From NCBI GenBank assembly GCA_030667885.1, contig DAOUVA010000001.1, positions 1 through 37,219 on the forward strand: 37,219 bases of DNA, in the 5' to 3' direction. Source of the stretch: Phycisphaerae bacterium. Its GTDB lineage: Bacteria; Planctomycetota; Phycisphaerae; Sedimentisphaerales; Anaerobacaceae. Within the stretch, counting starts at the first letter, position 1, and the number at the start of each line of letters is the position of its first letter. Both the position numbers and the translations under genes were made by a program. The notes under the pieces are model-generated. The model saw only the letters and a program-made list of their open reading frames with translations. It was not told the origin of the DNA and did not search any database. Positions 27,170-37,215 of the stretch are shown piece by piece.

Positions 27170-27850
27170 TTACATATCAGGCACAGTTTCAGGAGTAACC
27201 TGGCCGGTCGAATCTATCTTGAATACGTAAATAAGTCCTTTATTCAGCCTTGTATAAACGACGTTTCCATAAACCGCTTCAATATCGTATTCCTTTAACT
27301 TTTTTTGGTCATTTGCCAGGTCCCAAATATTTGACCAGAACATTTGGCTCTGTTTTATAGGCAAAGCTTTAAGCAGGTCGCTGTATCGTTGAGGTTCGGT
27401 ACCGGGTTGCTCTATTACAAAACCCTCTTCTGGCGTCATCTTCTCGCCATAAACTCTTCTCCACAGGTACAGTGCTCTTGTTTTGCCGTCCATGACCATT
27501 TTATTGCTGAACTTTACTATCAGTGCATCAAAGTGAATTATATCGCCTTCGATTGTATATTCTTTTTCAAGAATTTTCTTTAGTTTATCATCTCTGGCAG
27601 TCTCAACAAATTTTATTGTGGTAAGAAGCCGGCCGTCTGTGGTTTGCTGACTAATTACTTTTGCATAACCTATTTGTTCCTCGTGTGTAAGATTTGTTAT
27701 CGCCTGTTTGAGATGTTTGTTCTCAGCCAGGAGCTGATGAATTGTTTTTGCACCGTAATAAAAACCCCGTCCCAGATAGGCAACAAACACAAGGCATATT
27801 CCGCCTACAATATAAGCCATTATGCTTGTTTTTTTACGTTTCTCTTCCAT
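27170..27850 (-). CDS. Membrane-anchored protein of unknown function
   Basis: 226-aa ORF with a basic N-terminus and a single TM helix (MAYIVGGICLVFVAYLG). A short coiled segment is followed by a roughly 170-aa soluble domain. I recognise no family motif. An alternative start is at Met11. Confidence 0.65.
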   Translation of the reverse strand: MEEKRKKTSIMAYIVGGICLVFVAYLGRGFYYGAKTIHQLLAENKHLKQAITNLTHEEQIGYAKVISQQTTDGRLLTTIKFVETARDDKLKKILEKEYTIEGDIIHFDALIVKFSNKMVMDGKTRALYLWRRVYGEKMTPEEGFVIEQPGTEPQRYSDLLKALPIKQSQMFWSNIWDLANDQKKLKEYDIEAVYGNVVYTRLNKGLIYVFKIDSTGQVTPETVPDM

Positions 27851-28116
27851 TTATACCTTTGTTGCCAAGGTGTTTAATCGTGCCAAAAGACGTATATTCT
27901 ACAATTTATCACCAATATTTATGCTTATAAGAAGCACTTGAAGTATCATCGGCTGTGCGCAAGCAATGTCTTTAATTACTGCTGAAAAGTCAACCATTCG
28001 ACTAATCTTTTTATCTGAACTTCGGAGTTTTACTTTTAATCTTTGCTATATTAGCTTATAATGCCTCCGTATAGCCACTGTGTGGGAAAGAAAGGAAGCT
28101 TGAAAGAATATTTGAA

Positions 28117-28950
28117 ATGAATAAAAAGAATTCTGTCGTCTTGCACATTTGCATTATGTTGGCTCTTTTTGCTTTGGCCGGCTGCTATCAACCCGTAGTC
28201 TATCCGGAGTTAGTTACGTCTTCATTGGTACCATTGGGAACGCTACCTTCCGCACCACCGCCGCCATCGGTGCCAAAGCTCTCAACGTTTTTAGTTCCGG
28301 GTCAATACCGTATTGTTGGTACATCGGTCCAGCGTTTGCCTATTTTATCCTTTATGCTTGGTCAAGGTCCGGAAGTAACCTTTATCCTGGCGGCAATTCA
28401 CGGCAATGAGCCGGCCGGCACAACTCTCGTCCGCCGCTTAGGAAAATATCTCCAGCAACAATCACATCTTATGGAAGGCCGCAGAGTTGTGCTTTTAGCC
28501 GTAGCTAATCCCGATGGCTTTGCGCACAGAAGCCGTTTCAATGCTAATGGCGTGGACCTCAACCGTAATTTCCCATCCGCTAACCGTGTTAACGAAAGGC
28601 AGTCGGGAGCCACTCCGCTTTCTGAACCCGAGGCACGTGTGCTCAAGCAACTCATCGAGCAATACTCTCCTGACCGTATCATCAGTCTTCATCAGCCATT
28701 GGCCTGTATTGACTACGACGGTCCCGGTACGACTCTGGCTGTTCGAATGGCCCAATATTGCAATTTACCTGTAAAAAAGCTGGGTGCAAGGCCGGGTTCA
28801 CTCGGCTCATATGCCGGAGTGGATCTGGGGATTCCCATTATTACCTTTGAAATGCGCCAAAATGACTCAGGACTCGATTCAAATGCCCTTTGGCAGCGAT
28901 ATGGAAAAGCCCTCGTAGCTGCAATAGTCTATCCGGAGCGGGTACAATAG
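28117..28950 (+). CDS. M14-family zinc carboxypeptidase-like lipoprotein (MpaA-like murein peptide amidase)
   Basis: Lipoprotein signal with lipobox LFALAGC. Zinc ligands lie in HGNEPAG and SLHQP. NPDG and DLNRNF motifs are typical of M14 and gamma-D-Glu-meso-DAP amidases. Confidence 0.78.
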   Translation: MNKKNSVVLHICIMLALFALAGCYQPVVYPELVTSSLVPLGTLPSAPPPPSVPKLSTFLVPGQYRIVGTSVQRLPILSFMLGQGPEVTFILAAIHGNEPAGTTLVRRLGKYLQQQSHLMEGRRVVLLAVANPDGFAHRSRFNANGVDLNRNFPSANRVNERQSGATPLSEPEARVLKQLIEQYSPDRIISLHQPLACIDYDGPGTTLAVRMAQYCNLPVKKLGARPGSLGSYAGVDLGIPIITFEMRQNDSGLDSNALWQRYGKALVAAIVYPERVQ

Positions 28951-29053
28951 AAAAACACTGGCAGTTTTACCCTTTTTCTATTCGGAGCTGTTGACCATGC
29001 CTTTATTTTCCGCGTGAAATATGCTCAGTATTCGGCTAATATAGTATTTTAAG

Positions 29054-31111
29054 ATGAGTATATTCAAGATGAACAATGAATATAATCCTGCAGGCGATCA
29101 GCCGCAAGCCATAGAACGGCTCGTAGAAGGGCTGCGCTGCGGCAAAAAGTGCCAGACCCTAATGGGTGTTACCGGCAGCGGTAAAACCTTCACGATGGCC
29201 AATGTCATCGCTCAACATAATATGCCGGCCCTTGTTGTCTCTCACAATAAGACGTTAGCCGCTCAGCTTTATGAGGAATTTAAGGAATTGTTTCCGGAAA
29301 ACGCAGTTGAATATTTTGTCAGCTATTATGATTATTATCAGCCCGAAGCATACATCCCCCAGCGGGACATATACATAGAAAAGGACGCCTCGAAAAATAA
29401 TGACCTTGACCGGCTCCGCCTTTCGACGACTACGAGTCTTTCAACAAGGAATGATTGTATTATCGTTGCGTCTGTCTCATGCATTTTCGGTCTTGGCTCA
29501 CCCGAAGATTATAAGGCCAGCGTTGTTGGCATTCGTACAGGGGATAATTGTAACAGAAATGAACTGCTTGGCAAATTAGCCGACATACAGTACACCAGAA
29601 ATGACATTGATTTTCAGAGAGGAACATTCAGAGTTCGCGGTGATGTAGTAGAGCTTCATCCTTCTTACGAATCTTTTGCCGTCCGAGTTGAATTTTTCGG
29701 TGATGAAATAGAAAAGATAAGCTATATAAACCCGGTGTCCGCTGAAATCCTAGCGGTCGAAGATCAGCTATTTATATATCCGGCGCAGCATTACATTATG
29801 CCGTCTGAGAGAATCGGCTCTGCGGTAGAGAGTATAAAGACCGAGCTTGAGCAGCGATTGGCTGAACTGAGAGGCCAGGGAAAGCTTCTTGAAGCTCAAC
29901 GGCTACAGGCACGGACGATGTACGATATTGAAATGATGGAGGAAATCGGCTATTGCAGCGGGATAGAGAATTATGCCCGGCATCTGGCAGGCCTGCAGCC
30001 CAGCGCCAGACCTTATACTCTGATTGATTATTTTCCGGAAGATTTCCTTTTATTTATCGACGAATCTCACGTTACCCTTCCGCAAGTGCGGGCAATGTGG
30101 GCGGGAGACAGACACAGGAAAGAAACCCTTGTAGAGCACGGCTTCAGACTGCCCAGCGCGTTGGATAACAGGCCACTGCGTTTCGAGGAATTTCAGGAAA
30201 GCTGGGCTAAAGTTATTTTTGTTTCTGCTACACCTGCGCCGTTTGAGATGGAACAGTGTGATAACGAAGTTGTCGAACAAATCATCAGGCCGACCGGACT
30301 GCTGGATCCGAAAATCTATGTATATCCGGCCGCAAATCAAATTCAGCACCTTTTGGGCGAGGTTGAAAAACGGGTCAAAGTTGGGGAACGAACACTCGTT
30401 ACCACGCTTACAAAAAGGATGGCTGAGGACCTGTCCGGTTTCATTGCAAAGAAAGGTTTCAAATGCCGTTATCTGCACAGTGAAATCGATACTTTCGAAA
30501 GAATTGAGATACTTCGTGCTTTGCGCAAGGGCGAATTTGAAGTACTGGTAGGAGTGAACCTTTTGAGAGAAGGTCTGGATTTGCCGGAGGTTTCAGCAGT
30601 CGCAATCCTTGATGCCGATAAGGAAGGTTTTTTGCGAAGTCAGACCTCTCTGATACAAACAATCGGCAGAACCGCGCGAAATATCAATGCTACTGTCTTT
30701 ATGTATGGGGACAGAGTTACCAAATCGATGCAAAAAGCTATTGACGAAACGAACAGGCGCCGTAAAATCCAGTTAAAATACAACAAAGAGCACAACATTA
30801 CACCCGAAACAATAAAGAAGGAGATTCGTAAAAGTCTGACCGAGCAGATAAAAGCAAGGCAGACCGCCCGAGAGGCGGTTCGTTTCGGTGACTCAGAATA
30901 TGAAAAGGTGGAATTAGCTTCTCAAATTGAAAAGGAAATGATTGAAGCGGCCCAGGGCCTTGATTTTGAGCGGGCCGCATTCCTGCGGGACCAACTTAGG
31001 GAACTGAAAGAGCTGCCGGAGCTGGTTCTGGTCAACTCAAAGAAAAAGAAAAGAGACTTTTTGGCGACAAAGAAACAGAAGATATTTAAGAAAAAGACAC
31101 CTTCGTCATGA
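29054..31111 (+). CDS. uvrB: Excinuclease ABC subunit B
   Basis: N-terminus ..[16 protein letters not shown] as in E. coli UvrB, Walker [10 protein letters not shown], helicase motifs, and the C-terminal UVR domain ([17 protein letters not shown]). A Lys-rich tail follows. Confidence 0.97.
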   Translation: MSIFKMNNEYNPAGDQPQAIERLVEGLRCGKKCQTLMGVTGSGKTFTMANVIAQHNMPALVVSHNKTLAAQLYEEFKELFPENAVEYFVSYYDYYQPEAYIPQRDIYIEKDASKNNDLDRLRLSTTTSLSTRNDCIIVASVSCIFGLGSPEDYKASVVGIRTGDNCNRNELLGKLADIQYTRNDIDFQRGTFRVRGDVVELHPSYESFAVRVEFFGDEIEKISYINPVSAEILAVEDQLFIYPAQHYIMPSERIGSAVESIKTELEQRLAELRGQGKLLEAQRLQARTMYDIEMMEEIGYCSGIENYARHLAGLQPSARPYTLIDYFPEDFLLFIDESHVTLPQVRAMWAGDRHRKETLVEHGFRLPSALDNRPLRFEEFQESWAKVIFVSATPAPFEMEQCDNEVVEQIIRPTGLLDPKIYVYPAANQIQHLLGEVEKRVKVGERTLVTTLTKRMAEDLSGFIAKKGFKCRYLHSEIDTFERIEILRALRKGEFEVLVGVNLLREGLDLPEVSAVAILDADKEGFLRSQTSLIQTIGRTARNINATVFMYGDRVTKSMQKAIDETNRRRKIQLKYNKEHNITPETIKKEIRKSLTEQIKARQTAREAVRFGDSEYEKVELASQIEKEMIEAAQGLDFERAAFLRDQLRELKELPELVLVNSKKKKRDFLATKKQKIFKKKTPSS

Positions 31112-31139
31112 AGTTGATAGTAGAAGGAAAAGAAATAAG

Positions 31140-32012
31140 ATGAGAAAACTTAACATTGCAAAAGTTCGGCCACTTATCCAAATGGCCATCGATGAGGACC
31201 TCGGACGAGGGGATGTAACGAGTGAGCTTCTTTTCAAAGAAAATATTGTTGATAAAGCAAATATTATCTCACGTGAGGAAATAGTTATAAGCGGAATAGA
31301 AGTAGTTCAGGAGATTCTCAAGTGCTATGATGAGAGACTCAAGTTGAAAATAAGTATTAATGATGGTGAGCCGGCTCACGTCGGGAGCAAAATTGCTGCA
31401 ATCAAAGGCCCTTTACGCTCTATGCTCACCGCTGAGCGGGTTATGCTGAATTTCCTCCAGAGACTCAGCGGAATAGCCACAACAACTCAGAAGTATGTCC
31501 GTGCTATTCAGGGCACAAAAGCAAAGATTTACGATACTCGAAAAACAATGCCCGGTTGGCGAATCCTCGAAAAGTACGCGGTTCGCTGCGGCGGAGGATA
31601 TAATCACCGACTCGGGCTGTATGACGGTGTTTTGATTAAAGATAACCATCTGGCTCAGTTGGGCAGGAACTTTCAGTCGAAGCTGCAAAATATTATTTGT
31701 CAGGCCAGAAAGCTCAAGGGCATAAAATTTATTGCTGTTGAGGTTGATCACGTCGATGACCAGCTCAACTACGTGCTAAAAATTCCCGGCATTGATATTG
31801 TGCTGCTCGATAATATGGGCCAGTGGCAGTTAAAGCACGCTGTGGATATGCGAAACAAGATGTGCGGCAGGAATAAAAAGCCATTACTTGAGGCATCGGG
31901 CAACGTTACTTTGAGTAATGTTTCAGCCATTGCCCAGTGTGGTATCGACCGAATCGCCATAGGTGCAATTACTCATTCGGCCAAAGCCGTAGACATTGGA
32001 CTTGACAGGTAA
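31140..32012 (+). CDS. nadC: Nicotinate-nucleotide diphosphorylase (carboxylating) / quinolinate phosphoribosyltransferase
   Basis: DTRKTMPGWR, GGGYNHRLGLYDGVLIKDNH, VEVD and LLDNM motifs, at 290 aa. Confidence 0.95.
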   Translation: MRKLNIAKVRPLIQMAIDEDLGRGDVTSELLFKENIVDKANIISREEIVISGIEVVQEILKCYDERLKLKISINDGEPAHVGSKIAAIKGPLRSMLTAERVMLNFLQRLSGIATTTQKYVRAIQGTKAKIYDTRKTMPGWRILEKYAVRCGGGYNHRLGLYDGVLIKDNHLAQLGRNFQSKLQNIICQARKLKGIKFIAVEVDHVDDQLNYVLKIPGIDIVLLDNMGQWQLKHAVDMRNKMCGRNKKPLLEASGNVTLSNVSAIAQCGIDRIAIGAITHSAKAVDIGLDR

Positions 32013-32019
32013 AAAAGTT

Positions 32020-32811
32020 ATGCCGATAACCGACCTTCTTGATCCTGACAAGATAAAGTCGAATTTGAGAACCAAACGCATCGGCAGGAAAATCCTCGTT
32101 TATAATCGCACATCAAGTACACAGAAAATTGCCGCCGAGTACGCAAGAAATAAAGTAAATGACGGCCTTGTAATTTTCACAGAAGAACAGACTGCCGGCA
32201 AAGGTCGAGCGGACAACAAATGGCACAGCAGACGATCTGAGAGCATTCTTTGTTCTATTATTCTGGCTGATAACAAATTGAACGCTGAGTTGCTTTCACT
32301 GACATGTGCGGTAGCAGTGGCCGAAGCCATCGGCAAATCAGCCAATGGTGAAGCAAAGATCAAATGGCCGAACGATATAATGCTGAACGGCAAAAAAGTG
32401 GCTGGTATTCTGCTGGAATTAAAAACAGACGGCGGCGGTAATACATGTATAATTGGCGTTGGAATAAACTGTCACCAAAAAAAAGACTCCTTCCCTGTTG
32501 AGCTACAGCCAATTGCAACAAGCATCGATATCGAGAGCCATTCAATTACTGACCGTATATGGCTGGCAAAACGACTGCTTACTTCTATGGAATACTGGCT
32601 TGAGGTGGCGGTCCAAAAAGGCGAAAAAGTGATAGATCAATGGCACAGCTTAAGCATTCAATTGGGCCACAGAGTTAAGCTTATCTATAACGGCCGGGAA
32701 TTTTCCGGCAATTGCATAGGAATAGACCCGGAAAAAGGCCTTGTCCTGCAGTTAGACACAGGTGGTGTAAGAATGTTCGATGCTGGACATACGACTATTA
32801 TCAAACAATAA
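32020..32811 (+). CDS. birA: Biotin--[acetyl-CoA-carboxylase] ligase (class I, no N-terminal HTH)
   Basis: GKGRADNKWHS (variant of GRGRxGRxW) and KIKWPNDIMLNGKKVAGIL. The track start at 31996 overlaps nadC. The ATG at 32020 (MPITDLL), 7 nt after the nadC stop, is more likely. Confidence 0.88.
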   Translation: MPITDLLDPDKIKSNLRTKRIGRKILVYNRTSSTQKIAAEYARNKVNDGLVIFTEEQTAGKGRADNKWHSRRSESILCSIILADNKLNAELLSLTCAVAVAEAIGKSANGEAKIKWPNDIMLNGKKVAGILLELKTDGGGNTCIIGVGINCHQKKDSFPVELQPIATSIDIESHSITDRIWLAKRLLTSMEYWLEVAVQKGEKVIDQWHSLSIQLGHRVKLIYNGREFSGNCIGIDPEKGLVLQLDTGGVRMFDAGHTTIIKQ

Positions 32812-32944
32812 CGAACCTCTTTTCTATAAGGCTTTGCTTAAGTCTGTCGTAAAAAAACAAACATTAAGTTTTGTTTTTGGTTTTTTTTGTTATATTATTG
32901 TCCTTATGTAAACACATATTTTTCGAAAGGAAAAGGCCCGAAAA

Positions 32945-34657
32945 ATGTTAAAATATAAATTGAGGAAACAATCACTTATAGTATGGCTGGGATTGGTAGT
33001 ATGTTTGTTGACTGCTTGTTCCAATGAACAGGTTAATGCCGGGAATTCAAAAGAGTCTGCAAATTTCCTGAAAGCTGACAAACAGGACGTTCAACAGTGG
33101 CAGGAAATGAAATTCGGCCTGTTTATTCACTGGGGGCCGGTCAGCTTGAAGGGTACGGAAATCGGCTGGTCACGCGGTGGGCAGCGGTGGGGAAGAAACG
33201 ACAAATCTACAGGTTCAATCCCGGTAGAGATTTATGATAATCTTTATAAACAATTCAATCCTGTTAAGTTCGATGCAGACGAATGGATACGAACCGCCAA
33301 AGATGCCGGTATGAAGTACCTTGTGTTCACGAGTAAACACCACGATGGCTTTTCAATGTTCGACAGTAAACAGACCGATTATAAGATTTCCAATTCGCCA
33401 TTTAAGCGTGATGTTGTAAAAGAATTAGCCTATGCCTGCCACAAGGCGGGATTAAAACTCGGTTATTATTATTCACCTGTTGACTGGTATCATCCGGACT
33501 ATCGAACGAAAAATCATTCCCGCTATATCAAGTTTATGCACGGCCAGCTTCGGGAGATATGCAGCAATTACGGAAAGATTGATATCATCTGGTTTGACGG
33601 TCTTGGCGGCAAGCCGGAAGACTGGGATTCAGAGAATCTTTTCAAGATGATTCGCCGGCTTCAGCCCCATGTTATCATAAACAACAGAGCCGGTTTGCCC
33701 GCTGACCACGACACGCCTGAACAGAGGATCGGGAAATTCCAGAACGACCGTCCCTGGGAGACCTGTATGACGATTTGCCGGCAGTGGGCATGGAAACCTA
33801 ACGATCAGATGAAATCTCTAAAGCAGTGTATCGATACACTGGTTCGCGTTGTCGGCGGGGATGGTAATCTTCTTTTCAATGTCGGGCCTATGCCGGACGG
33901 CAGAATTGAATTGAGACAGGTTGAACGGCTCAATGAGATGGGCAGTTGGCTGGAAAAGTATGGTCAGAGTATATACGCGACCCGCGGCGGCCCATTTAAG
34001 ACGGGCGGCTGGGGTGCCAGCACGTTCAGGGGTAATACTGTTTACATTCATGTTCTTAATTGGCGGGAGGATACTCTTACTTTGCCGCCTATCCCGAAGA
34101 AAATCATTGCAAGCTCTGTTATGAGCGGTGGAACTGTAACTGTCAAGCAGACGCAAAGAGCCATCGAAATTTCCGTCCCGAAGTCTTACCGTCAGGATAT
34201 TGACACAATCATAGTATTGGAACTCAACGGTCCTGCGAGCACAATCAGCCCGCGGGGATTGCTGTCCAGTTCGTTGACGGCGGAAAAGAAGGCCAGGGCC
34301 TCGAATGTTTTCCAAAAAAATGCAGGCTATAACGCCTCTAAAGCTGTGGATAACGACCCGGCCACACGCTGGGCTACAGACTCCGGCACACAGCAGGCCT
34401 GGCTTGAAGTGGACCTCGGAAAACCGATTACGTTCAATCGTACCAAAATTGATGAAGAATATGACCGTGTACAGGAATATGAACTGCAATGCAGGGACGA
34501 CAACCGATGGAAAACATTTGCTCGGGGCACAAAGCTTGGGCATGACTATTCGAAGCAATTTGAACCTGTTACGGGCCGTTATATTAGACTAAACATACTC
34601 AAGGCCACTGACGGGCCAACCATTTGCGAGTTCCAGCTTTTCGAACCGAAGAAGTAG
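32945..34657 (+). CDS. Alpha-L-fucosidase (GH29) lipoprotein with C-terminal F5/8 type C (discoidin/CBM32-like) domain
   Basis: Lipobox LLTAC. GH29 motifs are FGLFIHWGP and KYLVFTSKHHDGFSMFDS. The C-terminal discoidin signature is AVDNDPATRWAT...AWLEVDLG...YELQ...RYIRL. Confidence 0.92.
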   Translation: MLKYKLRKQSLIVWLGLVVCLLTACSNEQVNAGNSKESANFLKADKQDVQQWQEMKFGLFIHWGPVSLKGTEIGWSRGGQRWGRNDKSTGSIPVEIYDNLYKQFNPVKFDADEWIRTAKDAGMKYLVFTSKHHDGFSMFDSKQTDYKISNSPFKRDVVKELAYACHKAGLKLGYYYSPVDWYHPDYRTKNHSRYIKFMHGQLREICSNYGKIDIIWFDGLGGKPEDWDSENLFKMIRRLQPHVIINNRAGLPADHDTPEQRIGKFQNDRPWETCMTICRQWAWKPNDQMKSLKQCIDTLVRVVGGDGNLLFNVGPMPDGRIELRQVERLNEMGSWLEKYGQSIYATRGGPFKTGGWGASTFRGNTVYIHVLNWREDTLTLPPIPKKIIASSVMSGGTVTVKQTQRAIEISVPKSYRQDIDTIIVLELNGPASTISPRGLLSSSLTAEKKARASNVFQKNAGYNASKAVDNDPATRWATDSGTQQAWLEVDLGKPITFNRTKIDEEYDRVQEYELQCRDDNRWKTFARGTKLGHDYSKQFEPVTGRYIRLNILKATDGPTICEFQLFEPKK

Positions 34658-34722
34658 CGCTGTCATTGCTTAGTCTTATTGAGTTTGTATCAGGGCAAGA
34701 GGATTTTGAGTTAATGGGTTGA

Positions 34723-37095
34723 ATGAGTAAATACCAAACGAACAGTTTGTTTGCGATAGAAGAGGTAGAGGAAGAAATCTCGTGTAGTCACATTATTCGC
34801 GTGGCCTTTGAGTCGGCGGCGGATGCGGAGTTCGACTATTTCGTGCCGGACGAAATCTGGCCGGTTGAGGTGGGCCAGAGAGTCGAAGTTCCTTTCGGCA
34901 GGAAAAATAAATATGAAGCAGGATTTTGTACTCAATCGGATGTCCAGCCTGAAGAGTCTTTTATTGCACGCGGTGTTGGACGAAAGCTAAAAAGAGTCAC
35001 CAGATTAATCGATAAAGAGCCGTTGCTGGATTCCGAGCTGATGGAGTTGGCACGGTGGATAAGCGGCTATTATGTTTGTCCGCTTGGCCAGGTTTTGGCT
35101 GCGATGGTGCCTTCGGCGGTGAAAAGGGGAGCTGGCGTTAAAACACAAAGATATGTTTACCTGAAAGCCGGTTCTGCTGATATTGAAAAGAACATCAAGG
35201 AGTTGAGAGGCAAAAAGCAAAAGCAGATTGTTAAATTTCTGGATGGCAGGGGGGCTTCAAGTATAAATGCTGCCGTGGAGGTGCGAAGTTTGTTAGAGGC
35301 AGTCGGCTGTGGCAATGAGCCGATAAAGAGATTAGCGGAAAAAGATATTGTTAAAATAGCCCGTAAGACAACATTGACGTCTTTGCCAGTTATTCCAAAA
35401 GGGATGTCAATAGAAACAGAACAGGTAGTCCTCAATGATGACCAGCGAAAAGCATTGGCTCATTTTGAAACAGTGATAAATTCAGGTAAATTCGGCGTTA
35501 TGCTTTTATACGGTGTTACCGACAGCGGCAAAACCGAGATTTACATGAGGGCTATCGAGGCGGTTTTGTTAAAAGGGGCCGGTGCGATTGTACTGTTGCC
35601 TGAAATCGCTCTTACGACGCAGACCGTTCAGCGGTTCGACGAGAGATTTAAAAAAATCGCTGTAATGCATTCGGGCCTGACCGCCGCTCAGCGTAATGTT
35701 CAGTGGCAAAAGATAAAGTCGGGTCAGGCCGACGTGGTTATAGGCGCTCGATCGGCGGTCTTTGCGCCGCTTCCAAAACTGGGTCTTGTCGTTGTTGACG
35801 AAGAGCATGAGCCGAGCTACAAGCAGGACACGGTGCCGCGGTACAACGGCAGAGATGTAGCGATAAAGCGGGCGCAACTGGCCAATGCACATTGTATTTT
35901 GGGCAGTGCCACTCCGTCATTGGAAACGCTGTCTAATTGTCAAAGTAAGAAACATTTCAGCCTTGTGCATCTGCCCAAAAGAGTTATGGATTTGTCCATG
36001 CCGGAAATGAAACTTGTCGATTTGCGGGCCGGGCAGATAACCCAGAAGGGCATTAATCTGATAAGCGAGCCGTTGGCAAAGTGTCTGCATGAGACACTTG
36101 CGAAAAAAGAGCAGGCGATTTTGCTTTTGAACAGGCGCGGTTATAGTAATTTTGTATTTTGTCCATCCTGTAAACATACTCTGCATTGTCGTAACTGTGA
36201 TGTAACGCTGACCTTTCACAAATCAAAGGCCGGACGTCATGAGAGAATGCGAACGGTTACGGGAAAACATATCAATTACGGCTATGCGGTATGTCATTAT
36301 TGTCTGGCTCAGACCCTTGTACCAGAAAAATGCCCTCTATGCGGCAAGCTGATGGCGATGATAGGACTGGGTTCGCAACGGCTCGAAGAGGAATTGGCCA
36401 ATAAGTTTCCCTCGGCTCGCATGTTGAGAATTGACAGTGACTCTATGGCGAGCAGAGACTATTATCGACTTCTGAGAGATTTTGGTGAGGGACGAATCGA
36501 TATATTAGCCGGCACACAGATGCTGGCTAAGGGGCTGCATTTTCCAAATGTAACGCTGGTGGGTATTATCAGTGCTGATACCTCGCTGTATCTGCCGGAT
36601 TTCAGAGCGAATGAACGAACCTTCCAATTGATTTCTCAAGTTGCCGGTAGGGCGGGGCGTTCCGAGAAAAAGGGCGTGGTTTTTATCCAGACATTTCTAC
36701 CGAATCAGCCGGCGATACAGTTTGCCGTCGATAGGGACTTTGACGGTTTTGTCAAAGAAGAATTAAAGCATCGCAAGTCCTGCAATCTGCCGCCATTTTG
36801 GCGTCTGGCGGTTATCGTTATGCGGGATGGGAATTTTGATAAACTTGGCAAGGCGTGCAAGCAAATGCGCCAGAGAATAGATATGATTATCGGGCGTGAA
36901 AAATTGAAAGCGAACGTTCGTGGGCCGATACCGGCTGTGATAAGCCGGATACAGCGTTTTCATAGAATGCAGATAATTATTCAGGCCCCCCAAGCGGCGA
37001 CCGTCCAAAAGTTGTTTGCCTGCCTGCGGGCAGCCGGACCAATACGGCCGGCTGTTAAAGTCGCAATAGATATTGACCCTGTTAATTTATTGTAG
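34723..37095 (+). CDS. priA: Primosomal protein N' (replication restart helicase PriA)
   Basis: N-terminal 3'-DNA-binding domain (VEVPFGRK), Walker A GVTDSGKTE, DEEH box (VVDEEHEPSYKQ), and a Cys-rich zinc region (CPSC..CRNC..CHYC..CPLCG). The C-terminal domain contains RAGR. Confidence 0.95.
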   Translation: MSKYQTNSLFAIEEVEEEISCSHIIRVAFESAADAEFDYFVPDEIWPVEVGQRVEVPFGRKNKYEAGFCTQSDVQPEESFIARGVGRKLKRVTRLIDKEPLLDSELMELARWISGYYVCPLGQVLAAMVPSAVKRGAGVKTQRYVYLKAGSADIEKNIKELRGKKQKQIVKFLDGRGASSINAAVEVRSLLEAVGCGNEPIKRLAEKDIVKIARKTTLTSLPVIPKGMSIETEQVVLNDDQRKALAHFETVINSGKFGVMLLYGVTDSGKTEIYMRAIEAVLLKGAGAIVLLPEIALTTQTVQRFDERFKKIAVMHSGLTAAQRNVQWQKIKSGQADVVIGARSAVFAPLPKLGLVVVDEEHEPSYKQDTVPRYNGRDVAIKRAQLANAHCILGSATPSLETLSNCQSKKHFSLVHLPKRVMDLSMPEMKLVDLRAGQITQKGINLISEPLAKCLHETLAKKEQAILLLNRRGYSNFVFCPSCKHTLHCRNCDVTLTFHKSKAGRHERMRTVTGKHINYGYAVCHYCLAQTLVPEKCPLCGKLMAMIGLGSQRLEEELANKFPSARMLRIDSDSMASRDYYRLLRDFGEGRIDILAGTQMLAKGLHFPNVTLVGIISADTSLYLPDFRANERTFQLISQVAGRAGRSEKKGVVFIQTFLPNQPAIQFAVDRDFDGFVKEELKHRKSCNLPPFWRLAVIVMRDGNFDKLGKACKQMRQRIDMIIGREKLKANVRGPIPAVISRIQRFHRMQIIIQAPQAATVQKLFACLRAAGPIRPAVKVAIDIDPVNLL

Positions 37096-37096
37096 C

Positions 37097-37125
37097 TTGC
37101 AATTTAAATCTTTATATGCTATTTT
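37097..37125 (+). promoter_or_regulatory. Candidate promoter for tRNA-Pro (TTGCAA-17 nt-TGcTATTTT, extended -10)
   Basis: TTGCAA at 37097-37102, a 17-nt spacer ending TGc, and TATTTT at 37120-37125, 16 nt before the mature tRNA 5' end. Confidence 0.35.
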
Positions 37126-37140
37126 GTGATTTGCTTTAAC

Positions 37141-37215
37141 CGGGGAGTAGCTCAGTTTGGCCAGAGCGCTGCGTTCGGGACGCAGAGGTCGCAAGTTCAA
37201 ATCTTGTCTCCCCGA
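37141..37215 (+). tRNA. tRNA-Pro (anticodon CGG), CCA not encoded
   Basis: Hand-folded 75-nt cloverleaf. Acceptor stem is CGGGGAG/CTCCCCG and D-arm is GCTC-AGTTTGGCCA-GAGC. The anticodon stem CTGCG/CGCAG carries loop TTCGGGA (anticodon CGG). Variable loop is AGGTC and T-arm is GCAAG-TTCAAAT-CTTGT. Discriminator is A, followed by TTAA rather than CCA. Confidence 0.9.

Noticed and set aside
32851-32890. An AT-only hairpin (AAAAACAAAC...GTTTTGTTTTT) followed by a T8 run after birA, as an intrinsic terminator.
   Set aside because: The stem is almost entirely A-T with a mismatch, so its stability is doubtful. It may still contribute to termination but cannot be supported as a feature.
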